NCBI GenBank assembly: GCA_043806035.1
Contig: JAZDHK010000026.1
Location: 1 to 51,270 of the forward strand
Direction of reading: 5' to 3'
Origin: an archaeon
GTDB taxonomy: Archaea > Nanobdellota > Nanobdellia > Woesearchaeales > UBA9642
DNA: 51,270 bases
Shown here piece after piece: positions 9,780 through 18,875 of this stretch. The notes under the pieces were generated by a model that was not told the DNA's origin, did no database searches, and worked only from the letters and a program-made list of their open reading frames with translations. How positions within the stretch are numbered: position 1 is the stretch's first letter; the number at the start of each line of letters is the position of its first letter. The position numbers and the translations under genes are program-made.

Positions 9780-9830
9780 GCTGTCACGAATGCGGTTATT
9801 CTTAAAAACATTACGGTCTCTTTACCACCT

Positions 9831-10730
9831 TCACGAATACCGTTCGGCTATGGCCTCGAGCAGGTTGAGCGCGCTGAGCACGCTTTCCTCACGCATGCAC
9901 ACGTCATCTCCCAGCATGAGGGTTCTGTAGCCCATGCGCAGTACGTTATCAACGTCGCCTATGTCCTCGCAGCTCGGGTAGTTGCTGTTCGAGAGGCTGG
10001 CAAAGAGCCGCGAAGCCATAATGGCGCGCTTGTCCTTCTTGATGATGCTTTCTGATGCTGCAATGATATCATGGGGAAGGGGCACTTCCTGGTAGAGATC
10101 CCCTCGTGCAGTCATCAGGCGAACTCCTTTCGCTTCTTTCTGCACGTACTGCAGGCCTTTCCTGCTCTCAATCTTTGCAATGAGTTCTGCTGCAGGATCA
10201 AGCGCTTTCACATCATCAAGGTCTGCGTTGCTCTCCACAAAACTCATCATATACTTGCTGTTCTTGACGTTTCGCGCTGCTGCGATGTATGCCTTGTCCG
10301 TATCGGTGAGGTTGCCTTCAATCACTAAGCTAGAGTCGATGATGTTGACGCTCTCCCCTGGTCCCACGACTCGTCTCGGCCCTTCCAGCGTGATGAGCTT
10401 GTTGCCGTCAATGGCAACGACGGTTGCCTGGTCTGTGCCGTTGCTGAAATACGCAGTCGTTGGCACGTTCACCGTGATAGGATGGCTCAGCTCGATCGAG
10501 GTGAAAGGTGGTGCCCAATAACTAACAACGCGCAACTGCCTCCCCTTCAGGTCTATCCACACGTCCTTGCCGTCTGCAATGTCCTGCAGTCGCTTGATGA
10601 CCTCTTCGAGCGTCTCTGTCTTCTTGATTGGCATGACGGTATTCAGTCGCAATCCCGAGACCAATCCGTGCCGTGCCACCTTCTTGAGGAAGGGAGCGTA
10701 GGGGGGAACAGTCACTATAGCATCTACCAT
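9831..10730 (-). CDS. Pyruvate-kinase-like protein (barrel and lid only, no C-terminal allosteric domain)
   Basis: RLN, WIDLKGRQLR, SFVES, IAKIES..G, MTARGDL, PSCEDIGD, LMLGD match PK barrel motifs; 299 aa. Confidence 0.8.
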   Translation of the reverse strand: MVDAIVTVPPYAPFLKKVARHGLVSGLRLNTVMPIKKTETLEEVIKRLQDIADGKDVWIDLKGRQLRVVSYWAPPFTSIELSHPITVNVPTTAYFSNGTDQATVVAIDGNKLITLEGPRRVVGPGESVNIIDSSLVIEGNLTDTDKAYIAAARNVKNSKYMMSFVESNADLDDVKALDPAAELIAKIESRKGLQYVQKEAKGVRLMTARGDLYQEVPLPHDIIAASESIIKKDKRAIMASRLFASLSNSNYPSCEDIGDVDNVLRMGYRTLMLGDDVCMREESVLSALNLLEAIAERYS

Positions 10731-10757
10731 GATTTCACCTTCTCCTTGCTTTTTTTT

Positions 10758-11717
10758 TCAGGCGAGCGGCTTGCTCACTTTCGCTGACTTGCTTGCATGC
10801 GTGACGCTTTTCGTCGCCGTTCCCGGGTCGACATGGCGCAGGCTTTTGTGCACGCTGATCGCGTCGTCATCGTCGTGCCGTGCAGAGAGATTGCTGCTGA
10901 AGTCTCCATACTGCCCCCATTTTTTGGCGATAAGGCCCATGGCAACATCCACTGCGCGCTGCTCGTCATACAATTGGATGACTTTCTGCTTGCCCAGTAC
11001 AGAGGACCATTGCTGGACGATCTCTTTCTCCATGCCGCCGCTGTAGGGCTTGTGGAGCATGTACACGTCGAACTTCTGCTGGAGCTTCTGCCACATCTCC
11101 CTCGAATTCAACGGGTTCTGTAGTGTATCCCCAACGTAGTGTTTGACTTGTGCAGGGTCTACTTGTTCGTAGAAACTCTCGTCCCCGAACATGATGAGGA
11201 ACGGACTCTTCGCCTTGGGAACGTTTGCGTGGTTGAGCATGTGATAACCAAAAAGCTCATAACTCTCAAAATGCTGGCCTCCGCCACCGCCTTCTGCGCA
11301 CAATGCCTTGATGTGGTCGTCTAAGTCTACGCCCTTGCCGAAATTGTTGATCTGCAAGGGATAACTGTCACAAGTCGCGTCGCCGATGGCTGCAAAGCTA
11401 ATTTCTAGGTCTGGTTTGTACTGCGATAACGTCTTGTACAGCAGCGGCAGTCTGTCGAAGATCTCGCCAGGCCAGCTCGCCATGGATCCCGTCACGTCGA
11501 CCGCAATGATCAGCGGGTTTTCACTGTCGCTCGTGATGTCCTTCTTTGCAGTCACGAGTTTCGAGTTCGGCGCTGACCTGTTCACGTACGTCCTGTTCAG
11601 CTTTCCCGTTGCTGCAGCGTCTGACGCCAACTTGTCTAAGTACGGCTTTCGTGCGCTGTCAAACTTGTACTTTTTTGGATTTCTCCAGGTGTTCACATCA
11701 TCTACCCATCCATACAT
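10758..11717 (-). CDS. von Willebrand factor A (vWA) domain protein
   Basis: MIDAS-like IAVDVTGSM, FAAIGD, EGGGGG..ESYEL, IMFGDE. Confidence 0.85.
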   Translation of the reverse strand: MYGWVDDVNTWRNPKKYKFDSARKPYLDKLASDAAATGKLNRTYVNRSAPNSKLVTAKKDITSDSENPLIIAVDVTGSMASWPGEIFDRLPLLYKTLSQYKPDLEISFAAIGDATCDSYPLQINNFGKGVDLDDHIKALCAEGGGGGQHFESYELFGYHMLNHANVPKAKSPFLIMFGDESFYEQVDPAQVKHYVGDTLQNPLNSREMWQKLQQKFDVYMLHKPYSGGMEKEIVQQWSSVLGKQKVIQLYDEQRAVDVAMGLIAKKWGQYGDFSSNLSARHDDDDAISVHKSLRHVDPGTATKSVTHASKSAKVSKPLA

Positions 11718-11777
11718 GTTCTCTCCTCCATAGCTTACGCTATCAATCGCTCTACTCTTTGCAGTGCATCAGCAGCA

Positions 11778-12542
11778 TCACATGGTGTGGCGTCTGCCGA
11801 ATACTGCTTCCCTGATGTCAGAGAGCTTCTGAATCAGGTTTTCCTTCTCCCAGTTTGGCCTGTCGACAGGATTGTACTTGAGGAATGCCTCCGCATACTG
11901 CTTTACTGGATCGGGAACGTGCTTGGGAAAATTCTTTGCCAGCACATCTCCACCCAAGGCGTGCAGCATGACCATGCCCACCCCATAAAGATCGCTCTCA
12001 GGAATGGGTGGCTTGTTCTGCAGGAGCTCGGGTGCCGCATACGCTTTTGTATATCCTAATGGAGAGGTGTCATGTTTTGGTCTGAATGCGCTCAAGCCGT
12101 AATCGATGAGTGCGATGTTGTGGATTTCTGGCTGCAAAATAATATTTTCTGGCTTGACATCGCAATGCACGATACCGTTGGCATGCAGGTAGTGCAGTGC
12201 ATTCAGGAGCCGTTGGGTTATCCAGCACACGTCCTCGGGATGGATGGGTCCCTTCTTGCTCACAATCTCGTCGAGGTTTTTCCCTTTCGCAAGATTGAGG
12301 GCAATGACGTAGCTGCCATCTCCCGCAGGGAAGAAATCCTTGATTTGGGGCAGGCTGTAGTGGTGAATATCCCAGAGTACTTTCGCTTCCATCTTCATCA
12401 GCTCAGTGTCTTGAGGGCTGACGTTGATGTTCTGTTTCAGGCAGGCTTTCGTCTCGAGGAGCGTGTGTTCTGCCTCGTATGCCCTCGCGAATCCTCCTTG
12501 GCCTATCTGTTTGATGATCTTGTAATTGCCGAGCGTGGTCAT
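11778..12542 (-). CDS. Hanks-type Ser/Thr protein kinase (catalytic domain only)
   Basis: IGQGGFARAY, CLK, HCDVKPENI, LIDYG, YAAPE, SDLYGVG. Confidence 0.95.
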   Translation of the reverse strand: MTTLGNYKIIKQIGQGGFARAYEAEHTLLETKACLKQNINVSPQDTELMKMEAKVLWDIHHYSLPQIKDFFPAGDGSYVIALNLAKGKNLDEIVSKKGPIHPEDVCWITQRLLNALHYLHANGIVHCDVKPENIILQPEIHNIALIDYGLSAFRPKHDTSPLGYTKAYAAPELLQNKPPIPESDLYGVGMVMLHALGGDVLAKNFPKHVPDPVKQYAEAFLKYNPVDRPNWEKENLIQKLSDIREAVFGRRHTM

Positions 12543-13162
12543 GCTCTCACCCCTCCATCATCCGTAGTGAGTATTCGTTCTTCCTCTGCGCTGAGCGATC
12601 TGTTGTAGTCCTTGCCCATGGTCTCTGCCAGTATCTGCAGGCCAAATTCTTTCCGTAACCGCTCGTCGAGTTTTTGCTGGACGATGTACTGGGCGACTTC
12701 TGGAGGGACAAGCTCCTTCCAATTCCCTCCCTTTGCCATTTCTACCCTGACTGACGTTCCGGTCATGAAGACACGCTTCTCGTAAGGAATGTACGTTGCC
12801 GGCCCGGTAGTGAGGTAGATGTCCGAGAGTAAGTCGAGGACGTACTTGTCTCCGCTGACGAACACGTCGAGATCTCCGAATTTTCCGTGAACGGTTTCTG
12901 TCCATTTCTTGCCGTCACGATATTCGGGAATGTGCCCAAAGTCAGGAATGTGAACAACGTCGTACTTTCCTTTCCAGCTCTTGTCCATGTAGCTTCTGAT
13001 CATGCCTTCTGTCTCTTCTGCAGTGAAGGGGCAGCGGTAGTTGTACTTGTTGCTGCTGCCTATGCCAATAATGAGATGGTCTGTCCTTTCGCAGATGCTG
13101 TCCAGCAGCAATGCCCCACCGAGGTGGAAGGGCTTCCATCTGCCTATGACGCCTATTTTCAT
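12539..13162 (-). CDS. nadM: NadM-type NMN adenylyltransferase-like protein
   Basis: GRWKPFHLGG, LIIGIGSSN, CPFTAEE, TGTSVR...WKELVPPEV; second His of HxGH replaced by Gly. Confidence 0.78.
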   Translation of the reverse strand: MKIGVIGRWKPFHLGGALLLDSICERTDHLIIGIGSSNKYNYRCPFTAEETEGMIRSYMDKSWKGKYDVVHIPDFGHIPEYRDGKKWTETVHGKFGDLDVFVSGDKYVLDLLSDIYLTTGPATYIPYEKRVFMTGTSVRVEMAKGGNWKELVPPEVAQYIVQQKLDERLRKEFGLQILAETMGKDYNRSLSAEEERILTTDDGGVRA

Positions 13163-13671
13163 GGTAGACACCTCTTGCGAAGTTGTTCGTATTTCTTATG
13201 CACATCCAGTTCATCCCACTCCTCTCGTTTACTGTCTCTGTCAAATTCCAGAAAGTCCAGGTATGCCTTCAGGATTGCATAATGGTCGAATGCGAACGCA
13301 TCAGGAGACAAGGCACGTATCTCATCAAGGCTGTAGAGCATAGCATCTTTTGCATCATCTCCCGCACGGAGAAAGCCTTTGCCTTTCGCCACGTACACGA
13401 CGCTGACGACATGCGTACGAGGATCCCGTTCAGGATTTGAGCACACGAGGAATGGCTGCTGGTCTTTCTTGATGATGATGTCCAGGCCTGTTTCTTCTTT
13501 CGCCTCTTTCCGCGCATTATCTTCCAGAGAGAGGCCGTATTCCGCAAAGCCGCCAGGAATGGCAAGTCCGTATGGTGGGTTTTTTCTCTTGATGAGGATG
13601 ATGCCGCTTTTTTCTTTCTGCTCGTACTGGATGATGATGTCCGTTGCCAGCAGGGGATTCTTGTAATTCAT
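13159..13671 (-). CDS. Nudix hydrolase, ADP-ribose pyrophosphatase type
   Basis: NPLLATD, LIKRKNPPYGLAIPGGF, ARKEAKEETG Nudix box, RDPR, AGDDA, AFDH. Confidence 0.9.
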   Translation of the reverse strand: MNYKNPLLATDIIIQYEQKEKSGIILIKRKNPPYGLAIPGGFAEYGLSLEDNARKEAKEETGLDIIIKKDQQPFLVCSNPERDPRTHVVSVVYVAKGKGFLRAGDDAKDAMLYSLDEIRALSPDAFAFDHYAILKAYLDFLEFDRDSKREEWDELDVHKKYEQLRKRCLP

Positions 13672-13729
13672 GGTTGTAGTCCTCCATCTAGTCCTTCATG
13701 TGTAGTACCGACACTGCCTGCTTTGGCGC

Positions 13730-15727
13730 TTATGCAGGCGTGTATTTTTGTAGGGCAAGGATTCGTTGTTTGAGTGTGTCGTATTTTCTTGAGAGTTCCC
13801 AGGGGAGCATGCTCTCTCTGAGATCATAGCCAAATGCAGTCTTTGAGGTGACGATGACGGGCGGGCTTTGGACGCGTTTGAAGACGTTCTTGTGCATCGT
13901 CTCAAAGAACCACGTGACATCCTCGACGAATGTCTGTGGCTTGTCCACTCCCCATCGCTGCATGAGCTCTAGGGGAACGTTGAGGTTCGTGTGCAGGTTT
14001 CCCTCAGCATACCATTGCATGATCGTTTCCATGCCTGCCTTCTTGTAATCCATGACTTTTTCGAGCAGTGCGTCGTGATAGCCGAATTTCATGGGATCAA
14101 CCTGATTATCTTTGAGTTCTGCGCTGGGCTGGATCTGGTCTTTCCGGTAACGGAAGAGACCGTCGGGAATGAGAATTTCAGGAATGACTTCTTTGCCGTA
14201 CAGCCTGTTGAGGTGTTTTGCCATCTCGATGATTTCTGTCTTTGTCAGATCGCCGAGAAGGGCAATTGCACCGTCGATATCGCCGTACAGCGTCGCGTAG
14301 CCGAGTGCCATTTCTAATTTGTTGCCGTTGTTCGTGAACAATGCGTGATATTTGGCTGCGATGTTGCTGAGCATGTTCGTGCCGCGAATCTTCGCCTGGA
14401 TGTTCTCGATATTGAGCTCTGAAAGTTTTGTGTTCTTGCCGTCAAGGTCTAAGGTGTCTAGGAGTTGCGCGTTGAGGTCGACGAGTTCCTGGATGGGCGC
14501 CTGCACGTACGCGATGCCGAGCGTGTCAGCAATCTGCTCTGCAGTACTTTTCGTCTTTGCAGAATTGTATTTTGTCGGCATGTTTATGGCGAGAACTCGC
14601 TCTGGACCTATTGCTTTGGCGAGCAGTGCTGCCGTGACTGCACTGTCAATGCCTCCACTCAATCCCACGACGAATTTTGGCTCGTGAGCAGAGCGCATCA
14701 GATGTTTCATGTGCCGTATTCCTTGGATAATAGCATCGTATTTTTGCGCTATCTTCGATTGTTCCTTGCGCGATTCTGGTTTTCTTGATAGGTCAACGAG
14801 CATGAGCTCTTCCGTGTAGGGCTGGCTGCTGAATTGCACGGGCAGGCCATCCGCATTGTACACAGTAGACCCACCATCTAACGTGATGATGTTCTTGCCA
14901 TTGTTCTGCACGCCGGTGCAGTTGACGTACAGGAAGGGAACGAATGATTCCCCGGACTCTGTCTTGAGAAATTTGACGCGCTTGTCGCGTGCAGCGTTCT
15001 TGCCATACGTCCAGGGACTCGAAGAAATATTTGCTATAAGTTCTGCGCCGTTTTCGATGAGCATCTTCGTTGGATTCAGTACGTTGCCGTTCATGCGATA
15101 ATCTTCACACCACAAATCCTCGCACAATTCAAAACCAATTTTGTGAGTCTCGCCTTTCTTTTCGATGAGGAACGGCTGCTCGAGTTTCTCCAGAGGAAAT
15201 CCTGCATCCTTGGCCACGTCCTGCAGACTGAAAAAGTAACGTTCGTCATCGAAGAAACGATAATTAGGAAGAAGTGTCTTGGGTTGCACACCTTCTGGCA
15301 GAATAGGTGTTTGTACTGCACGTCGTGCAGGCTTGCCATCCTGAACGACGTAGATGGCGTTGTACTTGCGTAGCCTGCCGTCCTTGTTGGGATGGAAGTT
15401 GCCATCAGAGAGCCGTGCAGCGACATCATCAACGTACACATTGCCGTAAGCAACAGCTATGCCTGCACTTGCCTTGCGGATGTCCTCATTGAAGCTCATG
15501 AGCATCTGGCAGTAGTCTTCGTCCGTGAACTTGTCGCCGAGCAGGTAGCCACCGACGCACATCTCGGGAAAGACAATCAGGTCTATATGTTGCTGCTTCG
15601 CCTGTTCAATCATGCGCAGCATGTTCTCCGTGTTCTTTCGCGGCATGCCAGGAACGACTTCCATCTGTGCAAGTGCAATCTTCATGTGTTCCTCCTCGAC
15701 TCGTTCTTGCAAGGTCATAATGTTCAT
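13730..15727 (-). CDS. nadE: Glutamine-dependent NAD+ synthetase
   Basis: Nitrilase domain (IALAQ, FPEM, K..LPNYRFFDDERYF, ELCEDLW) fused to synthetase domain (GLSGGIDS, ENIQAKIRG, NKLE.ALGYATLYGD, PSAEL, FKRVQSPP); exact start 15727/15718/15685 uncertain. Confidence 0.95.
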   Translation of the reverse strand: MNIMTLQERVEEEHMKIALAQMEVVPGMPRKNTENMLRMIEQAKQQHIDLIVFPEMCVGGYLLGDKFTDEDYCQMLMSFNEDIRKASAGIAVAYGNVYVDDVAARLSDGNFHPNKDGRLRKYNAIYVVQDGKPARRAVQTPILPEGVQPKTLLPNYRFFDDERYFFSLQDVAKDAGFPLEKLEQPFLIEKKGETHKIGFELCEDLWCEDYRMNGNVLNPTKMLIENGAELIANISSSPWTYGKNAARDKRVKFLKTESGESFVPFLYVNCTGVQNNGKNIITLDGGSTVYNADGLPVQFSSQPYTEELMLVDLSRKPESRKEQSKIAQKYDAIIQGIRHMKHLMRSAHEPKFVVGLSGGIDSAVTAALLAKAIGPERVLAINMPTKYNSAKTKSTAEQIADTLGIAYVQAPIQELVDLNAQLLDTLDLDGKNTKLSELNIENIQAKIRGTNMLSNIAAKYHALFTNNGNKLEMALGYATLYGDIDGAIALLGDLTKTEIIEMAKHLNRLYGKEVIPEILIPDGLFRYRKDQIQPSAELKDNQVDPMKFGYHDALLEKVMDYKKAGMETIMQWYAEGNLHTNLNVPLELMQRWGVDKPQTFVEDVTWFFETMHKNVFKRVQSPPVIVTSKTAFGYDLRESMLPWELSRKYDTLKQRILALQKYTPA

Positions 15728-16638
15728 CCGTTTATATTCTTTACGACATACAGCTTCTTTTCTGCTGGCGTTATGGTAACGAGGCTTCCCGTGTTGAATT
15801 CCAAGTAGTCATCTTCTACGCCATCGCCAAAAATGACGCCCTGCTCGGCCATCCGCGAACGCACCCGTAACGGTTCTGTTTTCAGTATCCGCCCTTGCAT
15901 CATGCTTGTCCCCGTTACTTTCGTGGGGAAAGGGTTCATTGCCGTGTACACGAGGAATGGCGCATCCCCCGAAAATGCACAGGATGACTGCTTACGCGCG
16001 GACAGGCAGTGTGCAGCGTTCATGATGGACGTGTACCATCCCGTCGATCCCGTTCCTGTTGTTATGAGCAGGCCGTCGCTGCTCTGCGCTTCCTTCTGCC
16101 GTTTGTGCATCAACTCATATCGTGATGAGACGTGCGTCTTTCTGCCGATGTAGATGTCATTGAGCGCATAAAGAATCTGGCCATCATCGAGCTTCGCTTC
16201 TGCCATGGTGAGTGCGGTCGTGGTTGCCCTTCCCGAAAGCTCCGCATTTAACAATGCAGGAAAACCGTCAGTCGTGCAGCTTGCAAGCACGCCATCGAAC
16301 CGTTTGGGGTCGGGATTGACGAGCAGGACGTGGTTGTTGTTTGTGTACTTTGCAAGGTTCACTAACAGACCATCATCGCCGACAGCGACGATGCAATCCT
16401 GCTCCCCGAACTGGTATGTGGGCAGTTGCGTCTTGTCGATGCACGTGTGCCGTACGTGTTTAGGAATGCATGCCGCAACAGCCGCAAGGCCGGCATGGTA
16501 GTCCTCGTGCGCACTCTTGAATTCCGCATAGGAGTCACCTCTGCTTTCCAGGTAGAATTTTGCCTGGCTGAGCGTGGTGTGCCTTCTCAGCAAGTCTTCG
16601 AGTGCGGTTGTTTTCTTCACGAGGACAATGTCGGTCAT
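15724..16638 (-). CDS. Atypical NAD-kinase-like protein (SPFH-associated type)
   Basis: VAVGDDGLLVNLAKY, VNPDPKRFDGVL, ALNDIYIG, QSSDGLLITTGTGSTGW, GVIFGDGVEDD. Confidence 0.85.
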   Translation of the reverse strand: MTDIVLVKKTTALEDLLRRHTTLSQAKFYLESRGDSYAEFKSAHEDYHAGLAAVAACIPKHVRHTCIDKTQLPTYQFGEQDCIVAVGDDGLLVNLAKYTNNNHVLLVNPDPKRFDGVLASCTTDGFPALLNAELSGRATTTALTMAEAKLDDGQILYALNDIYIGRKTHVSSRYELMHKRQKEAQSSDGLLITTGTGSTGWYTSIMNAAHCLSARKQSSCAFSGDAPFLVYTAMNPFPTKVTGTSMMQGRILKTEPLRVRSRMAEQGVIFGDGVEDDYLEFNTGSLVTITPAEKKLYVVKNING

Positions 16639-16653
16639 GCGTTCACGTCTCCT

Positions 16654-17514
16654 TCACTTTTTTTGCATCAGCGCTGCCATCACCTCGGGAGTGATAGTTA
16701 ACTGTCCGATGTTCTGCGCGTTCTTTCCTATCTGGTAGAATCCCAATGCTGCAAGCAGTGCAGGATCCTGTTGGTAGGCCTGCAATTCTGTGGTTATTGC
16801 CTTTGCCCTGAATGCTGCCTCTGCCAGGGTGTTCTGTCCTTGCAAGTCAACAAGATCCTTCTTGCGGTTTTCCATGTCGATGTCCGTTTGCATCTGCTTT
16901 TCCTTGATCTTGCGCGCATTCTCCTGCGCCTGCAATTGTCGTGCGTGGATGGCAAGATCCTGCTTTTGCAGAAGATTTTCCCGATAGTCCGCCTCAAGGG
17001 CCTTTGCAATCTCCGGCTTTGGCTTTATTGACGCAATGTACATCAAACTCACTTCAATGCCGAGCTCCTGGAAGTCCTCCGTTTTTAGTTTTTGGGAAAT
17101 GTCTCGAGAGAGCTGTTCGCTCAGGCCGAGCATGTGTTCTAGGCTTTCTTTTTCCGCTATCCGCTTTGCCTCCTGCTGGAGGTAGTGCACGAGCTGGCCA
17201 GGCACGGCATCAGGGTCTTCTGACAAGTATCCTTTTGTTAAGGGATTGATGCTGAAGTTGTACTTGTCAATAAGCTTCTTCGGATCCGCTATCCTGTACA
17301 CCAGTCCTCCCTGGATAGTGATTTCTTGGTTGTCTTTCGTTACTTCCTGGAAGGTGAACGGCTGATCGTTCGTCCCTAGCTGCACGAGCTCTATCGTTGT
17401 CCTGAACGGCAGGTAGAATCCTGCAATGCCCGCTCCTTCTTTAGCAATTTTTCCGCCGACGCGCATCCGCATGAATTCGGTCGGCTCTGCTTTGAAGTAA
17501 TGTATTCCTAACAT
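16654..17514 (-). CDS. SPFH/Band 7 domain protein
   Basis: YFKAEPT, EGAGIAG, F.EVTKDNQEITIQG..YRIADP SPFH core followed by a coiled coil. Confidence 0.88.
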   Translation of the reverse strand: MLGIHYFKAEPTEFMRMRVGGKIAKEGAGIAGFYLPFRTTIELVQLGTNDQPFTFQEVTKDNQEITIQGGLVYRIADPKKLIDKYNFSINPLTKGYLSEDPDAVPGQLVHYLQQEAKRIAEKESLEHMLGLSEQLSRDISQKLKTEDFQELGIEVSLMYIASIKPKPEIAKALEADYRENLLQKQDLAIHARQLQAQENARKIKEKQMQTDIDMENRKKDLVDLQGQNTLAEAAFRAKAITTELQAYQQDPALLAALGFYQIGKNAQNIGQLTITPEVMAALMQKK

Positions 17515-18401
17515 GTTTTCCCCTCCTTCGCAAATGCTTGCAAAAACTCATCAGTGGTCATGTAGTCTATGCCTATGTCTTTGCAGACGCTCATGCAGGC
17601 TTCCCTGCTCTGCTCCTGCGTTTCATAACCGAGACCGACGCCGTATAGTGATGTGGTCGCATCAGCAATGTTGATGACGCGCTCACTTCTGTTCGGGAAC
17701 ATTTGCTTTAATCCCGTAGAGGTGTGCAGTCTGCAAATGCCCTCGACGACCCCGGTGTTGACAAAGACGAGGTCATATGCTTCTTCAGGATATTTTTGCC
17801 GAAGAAGACTGAAGACATTTCCATTCTTGGAAGGAACTCCCTGCCACGTGCCATGGGGCAGTGCAAGATCACTGTCAAGCCGTGTCGCATCAAAGTACTG
17901 TTTTGGCGCGATGATGTAGCTGAAATCTTCCTGCACGAGTTGTTCTTCAGTGACGAGTGGTGCATTGAATGTTTTCTCAATGTCATGTGGGTTGCAGAAT
18001 GGTTCTTTTGCGTTTCCTTGGAAGTAAACCCCGCGCGGGACATAGAGTGCAGTCTTTCTTCCTTTCAGTGCATCTTGCAAGATGTTGGTGAGGCAAGGAC
18101 TCGTGGTTCGCTCATCGAGCGTGTACTCATTGCCGTGCTCGTCTCGTACATAAACAAAATCGTTGTCAAACCGTTCGGGAAGGATGGTGTTATGGACGGG
18201 ATAGAGTCCTCCGTTGATTTCGAATTCTGGCGCATTGTCCGGATGCACGTCTGTCGAGTAGATGACCACATCTGCCATGCGTGCTATCCGTGCAGCGTTT
18301 TCCTTGTTGGCGTCTGTCGTGCCGCAGTAGAAGCTGCCGTTCTCGTCCACGAATGATTTTGACCAGTCGATGAGGTTTGCGATGATGATTTGTTGTTTCA
18401 T
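17508..18401 (-). CDS. pncA: Nicotinamidase / isochorismatase-family cysteine hydrolase, divergent with insertions
   Basis: LIDWSKSFV, STDVH, YPVHN, PKQY, TGVVEGIC carry the D/H/K/C catalytic and metal residues; position next to pncB. Confidence 0.72.
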   Translation of the reverse strand: MKQQIIIANLIDWSKSFVDENGSFYCGTTDANKENAARIARMADVVIYSTDVHPDNAPEFEINGGLYPVHNTILPERFDNDFVYVRDEHGNEYTLDERTTSPCLTNILQDALKGRKTALYVPRGVYFQGNAKEPFCNPHDIEKTFNAPLVTEEQLVQEDFSYIIAPKQYFDATRLDSDLALPHGTWQGVPSKNGNVFSLLRQKYPEEAYDLVFVNTGVVEGICRLHTSTGLKQMFPNRSERVINIADATTSLYGVGLGYETQEQSREACMSVCKDIGIDYMTTDEFLQAFAKEGKTC

Positions 18402-18871
18402 GCTATCACCCTTGTTTTCTGGATATGAATACCATAATCAGTTTGCGTCCACCTATCATTATGAGCACTGGCAGTATAGGTGTGTTCTTCGTATCTCAAC
18501 GCATAACTTCCCCCTGGCGTATCAAAGAGCAGGGGCGTGTTTTCAAGGCCGTGCTTGAAGAGCTTGTCGAGCACGTTCTTGTTCAGTACGTGTTCTCCTT
18601 CGAGCGTACCGAGAGTTCGTTCCGCATCCAATACAATATACCCTCTGAATCGATCATTAGCAGTCTGCCATGCATACTCTGTTGGTTTGCCCGTCTTTGA
18701 ATCGTATCGTACTGCATCGTATATTTCCCTCATAGGATAAGACTCTATGATGTCCACGAGGCCAGCGATGACTGTCTTCGGGGAAGATGATTTGAAGAGT
18801 TGTGCTATTTTTTTGCATGTCTCTCGGGGCATACGAATTTGTCCATGCATTGGTGTTTTTTTATCTGACAT
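18398..18871 (-). CDS. Hypothetical protein (157 aa) inside the NAD cluster
   Basis: ATG preceded by GAGGGTGA SD right after the pncB stop; ATGA overlap with pncA. Confidence 0.7.
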   Translation of the reverse strand: MSDKKTPMHGQIRMPRETCKKIAQLFKSSSPKTVIAGLVDIIESYPMREIYDAVRYDSKTGKPTEYAWQTANDRFRGYIVLDAERTLGTLEGEHVLNKNVLDKLFKHGLENTPLLFDTPGGSYALRYEEHTYTASAHNDRWTQTDYGIHIQKTRVIA

Positions 18872-18875
18872 GTTC

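Noticed and set aside
10750-10758. T-run as a terminator inside the NAD cluster
   Set aside because: It is an A-run on the coding (minus) strand, so it would not terminate the cluster transcript.
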